From Chrysemys picta bellii (lineage: Eukaryota), in contig NC_088795.1 of the NCBI RefSeq assembly GCF_011386835.1, forward strand, positions 30,132,001 through 30,196,000: a stretch of 64,000 bases of DNA, read 5' to 3'. Made by a program: the position numbers and the translations under genes. The first letter of the stretch is position 1, and the number at the start of each line of letters is the position of its first letter. The notes below the pieces were generated by a model. That model was not told where the DNA came from. It saw only the letters and a list, made by a program, of their open reading frames with translations, and made no database searches. Of this stretch, positions 60,307-64,000 are shown in pieces.

Positions 60307-61018
60307 TGTGATACAGCAGGGCCAGAGAGCAGCAGGAGAGTGGTCATATTGAAATTCCAGGGAAATGGGCAGGCGTAAACCCGCCCATGGCTAAAGGACC
60401 CTCCCCCAGCCTTTGGGGAGGATCCAGTGAGCCAGGAACTCAATTGATTACAAGGGACAACAACAAAGAAAACAAGGGCAGGTGTGCAGGTCAAAGAGTC
60501 AAAAAGAGAGAACTTGAAGGGGACACTAAGCAGAGAACCCCAGACAGAGCAGGAGAGTGGTCCTATTGAAATTCCAGGGAAGTGGGTGGGCATAAGCCCT
60601 AGGATGATCAAGGCCTTATTCCCTGTGGACTAGGGAAAGGTTACTACAGGGTAATTGGAGCACCTGGAGCCAATTAAGGCCCTGCCCAAGACCTAATTAA
60701 AAAAACCCTGCTTCAGTAAGACAGGAGGAGGGAAGGAGAGTTGACTAGAGTTTGGAGGAGTATTACGGTTAATCAGAGGACCAGAGAAAGGGAAATCCTG
60801 CCCAAGGGGAAAGAGGGTAAGAAGCCCATGAAGCTGAAGGTGCTGGGACCTGGAGTAAGGGGGCGGACCTGGGTCCCTGCCCCACTCCCTGATTCTCCCC
60901 CACTGGGGCACTAGCGGAGCCCTCGTTGCCCAAGAATAGGGGCAAAGGGTGGCACCCTGACGCACCACACTAAGGAAAAGCATGGGACCCAGTATAATAG
61001 CGTCAGCCATTTGCCACA
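60307..61018 (+). mobile_element. Solo LTR (Gypsy-type)
   Basis: TGTG..CACA termini with an exact 4-bp TSD CTAT (60303-60306 and 61019-61022). Confidence 0.87.
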
Positions 61019-61689
61019 CTATATTTTTTTCCCCAGAAAGGTCAGTAATAGCATCATATATTACAGCTCTGATTGCTGACCTTAATACAAGCTCTATATT
61101 TTTTGCGTATTATACATTTTAGCTGTCAAATTCATGTCTAATCATAAATCCTATAAAAGGAATGTAAAATGAGTGAACTAAACATAAAGAAGTAACACCT
61201 AACACTGTTGAGCATTTCACAGTAGAAGCACATCTTGCTTTTATTTTTCATACAGTAAGTGAATGAGCTCTTCAGAGCTTGTGTTGCCCTCCCAATACAA
61301 TCTTAAATAAAGCCACACTTCCAATCTGTAATATCTACAAGCCATAAAGTAGCGATTACTTTGAAAATAAACATTTACAGTTTTGGTGCTTCAGTGCTGT
61401 AGTTCTCAGTCAGGCAAAGCTCACATTGATTTTAAATGGGAGTTTTGCCAGGGTGTATGGACTGAGGCACATCACCTTCTTTTGGCCAAAGAAGTTGGAG
61501 TTAAATGACAAACTCAATATGTATAAACTATTGCACCTCCATGGGAAAGGGTTAGGGATCAGAGGGTTAGCCTCTCAACTGTATGGAAAGCCATCCCTAC
61601 GCTTGCAGTATGATAGACCCCCTGGGTTCTCCCTTACAGCTAGTCCAATTCAGTGAATTTGTGGTGTCGTTGAGACTCATGGTGCACAT

Positions 61690-61900
61690 GCATTTATGAG
61701 AGGAAGGTGAAAAACGCCATAACATATCTTGTCTGCTGTGGAAGAGGTGGAATCCTTCCTGACCCTTGCACTGATCATACCATGAAACATGAGATTTGAT
61801 TACTCCTATTTTATCATAACATGCTCCATAATCTTTTAAATCCAGCTCTTGTATTGGACCGCATAACTTCTGTAACAGTGAATTCCAGAGGCTGACTAGT
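61690..61900 (-). mobile_element. Old CR1/L2-like 3' fragment
   Basis: tcttttaaatcc..cataacttctgtaacagtgaattccagagg resembles the reverse LINE 3' coding region. Confidence 0.4.
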
Positions 61901-62544
61901 TTTATAATCTGGCAAGGAATTCAAAGTACTTGTCTTGCACTAGGCCATCATTACATTAATATGTATATTTGTAAATGCAAATAACCCAAGTGCTAGATTT
62001 TTAAAATAATCACTTTATTAACAAAGAATATCTTAACTCACAGGTACCCTCGGTGCAACTCCACTGAAATCAGGGCAGTTTGGCAAATTAGTAGACAGTC
62101 ATCAATCTGACAGACTCCACTTCTCCAACTCCAATTTATAAGCAATCCCCCTTTCCTGTTGTTTTGCAGCAGAACTTAGCTAAGGAGCCTGCTGACATCC
62201 CTGAGGTGAGTGAAGTGAATTAAGCAAAGAAGAATTTGTGTTTATTCCTGCAGCACTGAAAACATGACACAACAAAAAATTGCTTTTGCAACTAGAGGAG
62301 ACAGTATAAGGAAAGAAGACAATCTTAGTTTAGGTTTCCAAGATAATATTTCAAAGACTAGAGAGCAATAATAAAATCAAGAGTATATTTTTTAAAAAGG
62401 AGTTGACAGGGTATCTATGAAGTGAGTTGGTACTTTCTTCAATATACCAAGTTAGATTACATGAAAATCAAGGCAGTGGTTAGATTAGATTAGACAGGAC
62501 TAGACTGAGAAATTATCCTCAACCCTGAGTATGGGACAGTGTAC

Positions 62545-62878
62545 AGGTGCAGTGCCCCGTGAGTTGCCACAGGAAGGAATTGTTACTCAGAGAATCCAAT
62601 AACTTCCTTGTTCCCATGAAGAAATAATTTATTGCATCTCTATCAGGAGTATGTTTTACCATGCCCCCCACTCCTTCCAACCTGTACTGGCTCAGCTGTG
62701 TTGGTTTCCAGTTGGCTCAAATTCCTTAAAGTAGCACCCAGACCCCACCCCTTGCTTATTAATGGCTGCCTGGAGACTGCTTTCCCTACCCTGGGTAACC
62801 CTCTGCAGGCACACGGGATTGGTGGCCTTTACATCCCCTTACTGCCCAGCAAGGCCACATAGGCTCTGTTACAACATA
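62545..62878 (-). mobile_element. Possible LTR fragment
   Basis: The reverse strand starts tgtaacagagcc; internal tttatt; only one terminus recognised. Confidence 0.4.
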
Positions 62879-64000
62879 GCCCAAACAAAGAGCTGGCTGA
62901 ATGCTGGAAAAGAATTCTCATTACATATTTCCTCGAAAAAGACCTAAAATTCACCAAATAAATTATATGATCAACAGACCAGTGAAATGAATGGATGGAC
63001 AGATGGATCAACCAAGCAAACAACAGACAAAATATTTGTTGACTATGGAATTTTTAGAATGTCACAAAATCCACACAGTGAATTATTCAGCCAGTCTTAT
63101 GTGACCAGCTGTTATTACAGAGCAGTTTACCCAGCAGAACAAGGCAGCGTGAGAGCTCCATACCCACTAGCTGCAGTTTATGCATTCAGGAAAGGCAAGC
63201 ATGTTCCTAAGAATATTCACCGCATTCACATCCAAGGTATGTTCTCTGTACCTAAAAGAGAGCGTAGAAACAGAAATATCCCCAAGGCAAAGAGGAAAGG
63301 GTGGGAGGGTAAAATTATTTCATCCTCTCCTCCTGCCCCACTTTGTATGTCAATTTCAAGAATATTGAGGGAGTGGGTGAGCCAATAGTGGGCCTCTTCT
63401 TTCCACCCACAACCCCTACTGTGTTCACTTCTGTTCAATCATTCATTCATTCTCCCTCAGTCCCTCACCCACACATTCCTTGCTGACAGCCCAGCGGCAC
63501 AAGTGTTAGGAATTACAGTAACTGCTTTTGCGATTTAACTTGGTATTTTAAAAAAGGAAAGGCGATGATGACCTATTAATTTCTAAAGACCATACAATAC
63601 TCTCTGTTACAAGTTCAGATTACGTATGTGCAGTGTTCGAGCATTAGGCATGTGAGGCCTTTTAGGGAGTTCCACGCTTGTTCCTCAGCAACAGCCACAA
63701 CGGTGTAAGTTTATTGCAAAACCTAGTGCTTCTGAATTTAGATCAGAAAGCAGTAACAATAGTAACCAAACACTGAAGCTGCGATTTTAAAAAGGGTTGA
63801 AGGGACTAAAATGTCTAATTGAAATTCAGTGGGAGTGAGGTGCCTAAATCCCTTAGGTCCCTCTGAAAATCCCAGCCTCAGTTCAACTAAAACAGAAAAT
63901 GCCCAATACTATTTACCTTCCACATTTCAGTGTCAAGGCACTTTACTTCCTTCGAGGTCTGGTGTGCAGTGGGACTGTGCAGGCTGCACCATCTTTTCCA

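Noticed and set aside
26450-63890. Recurring cattgaagtcaatg / cattgacttcaatg palindromes as a CRISPR-like or regular array
   Set aside because: They are irregularly dispersed centres of short hairpin MITEs, with no constant spacer length and no cas genes, in a vertebrate genome.
62987-64000. Possible 3' end of SLC39A8, the downstream neighbour of BANK1 in mammals as I recall, or a 133-aa ORF
   Set aside because: No ZIP8-like coding sequence is visible on either strand, and UTR identity cannot be judged from sequence alone.

Overview
Eukaryotic genomic DNA, almost certainly a turtle: the tRNA-head/CR1-tail SINEs and the Penelope, DIRS and MITE families look like ones I recall from Testudines. 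The window holds the 3' half of BANK1 (B-cell scaffold protein with ankyrin repeats 1) on the + strand. Seven GT-AG coding exons splice in frame: 5972-6238, 27926-27994, 30574-30752, 32353-32416, 33776-33805, probably 35510-35550, and 38050-38100 (stop), followed by a donor 5 nt after the stop. The introns and the roughly 25 kb downstream are dense with transposon relics: CR1, L1, an I/Nimb-like LINE, LF-SINE, MIR-like SINEs, Gypsy pol and solo LTRs, two DIRS pieces, Penelope ends, and hAT and Harbinger MITEs, several nested with intact target-site duplications. There is no CRISPR array, rRNA or true tRNA gene, and no second protein-coding gene was recognised. I found no convincing new multi-gene system. 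The best leads are (1) a 2.3 kb I/Nimb-like LINE relic, (2) a 30-nt BANK1 microexon that completes an ITIM-consensus tyrosine motif and sits below a (CA)n tract, (3) a minimal hammerhead ribozyme fold in sense orientation in a BANK1 intron, (4) an inverted LF-SINE pair in a BANK1 intron, and (5) a triply deleted DIRS element. All family assignments come from recalled motifs and manual translation, not database searches. One attractive idea, a Polinton capsid relic at 36-37 kb, was rejected because most of that interval is LF-SINE.
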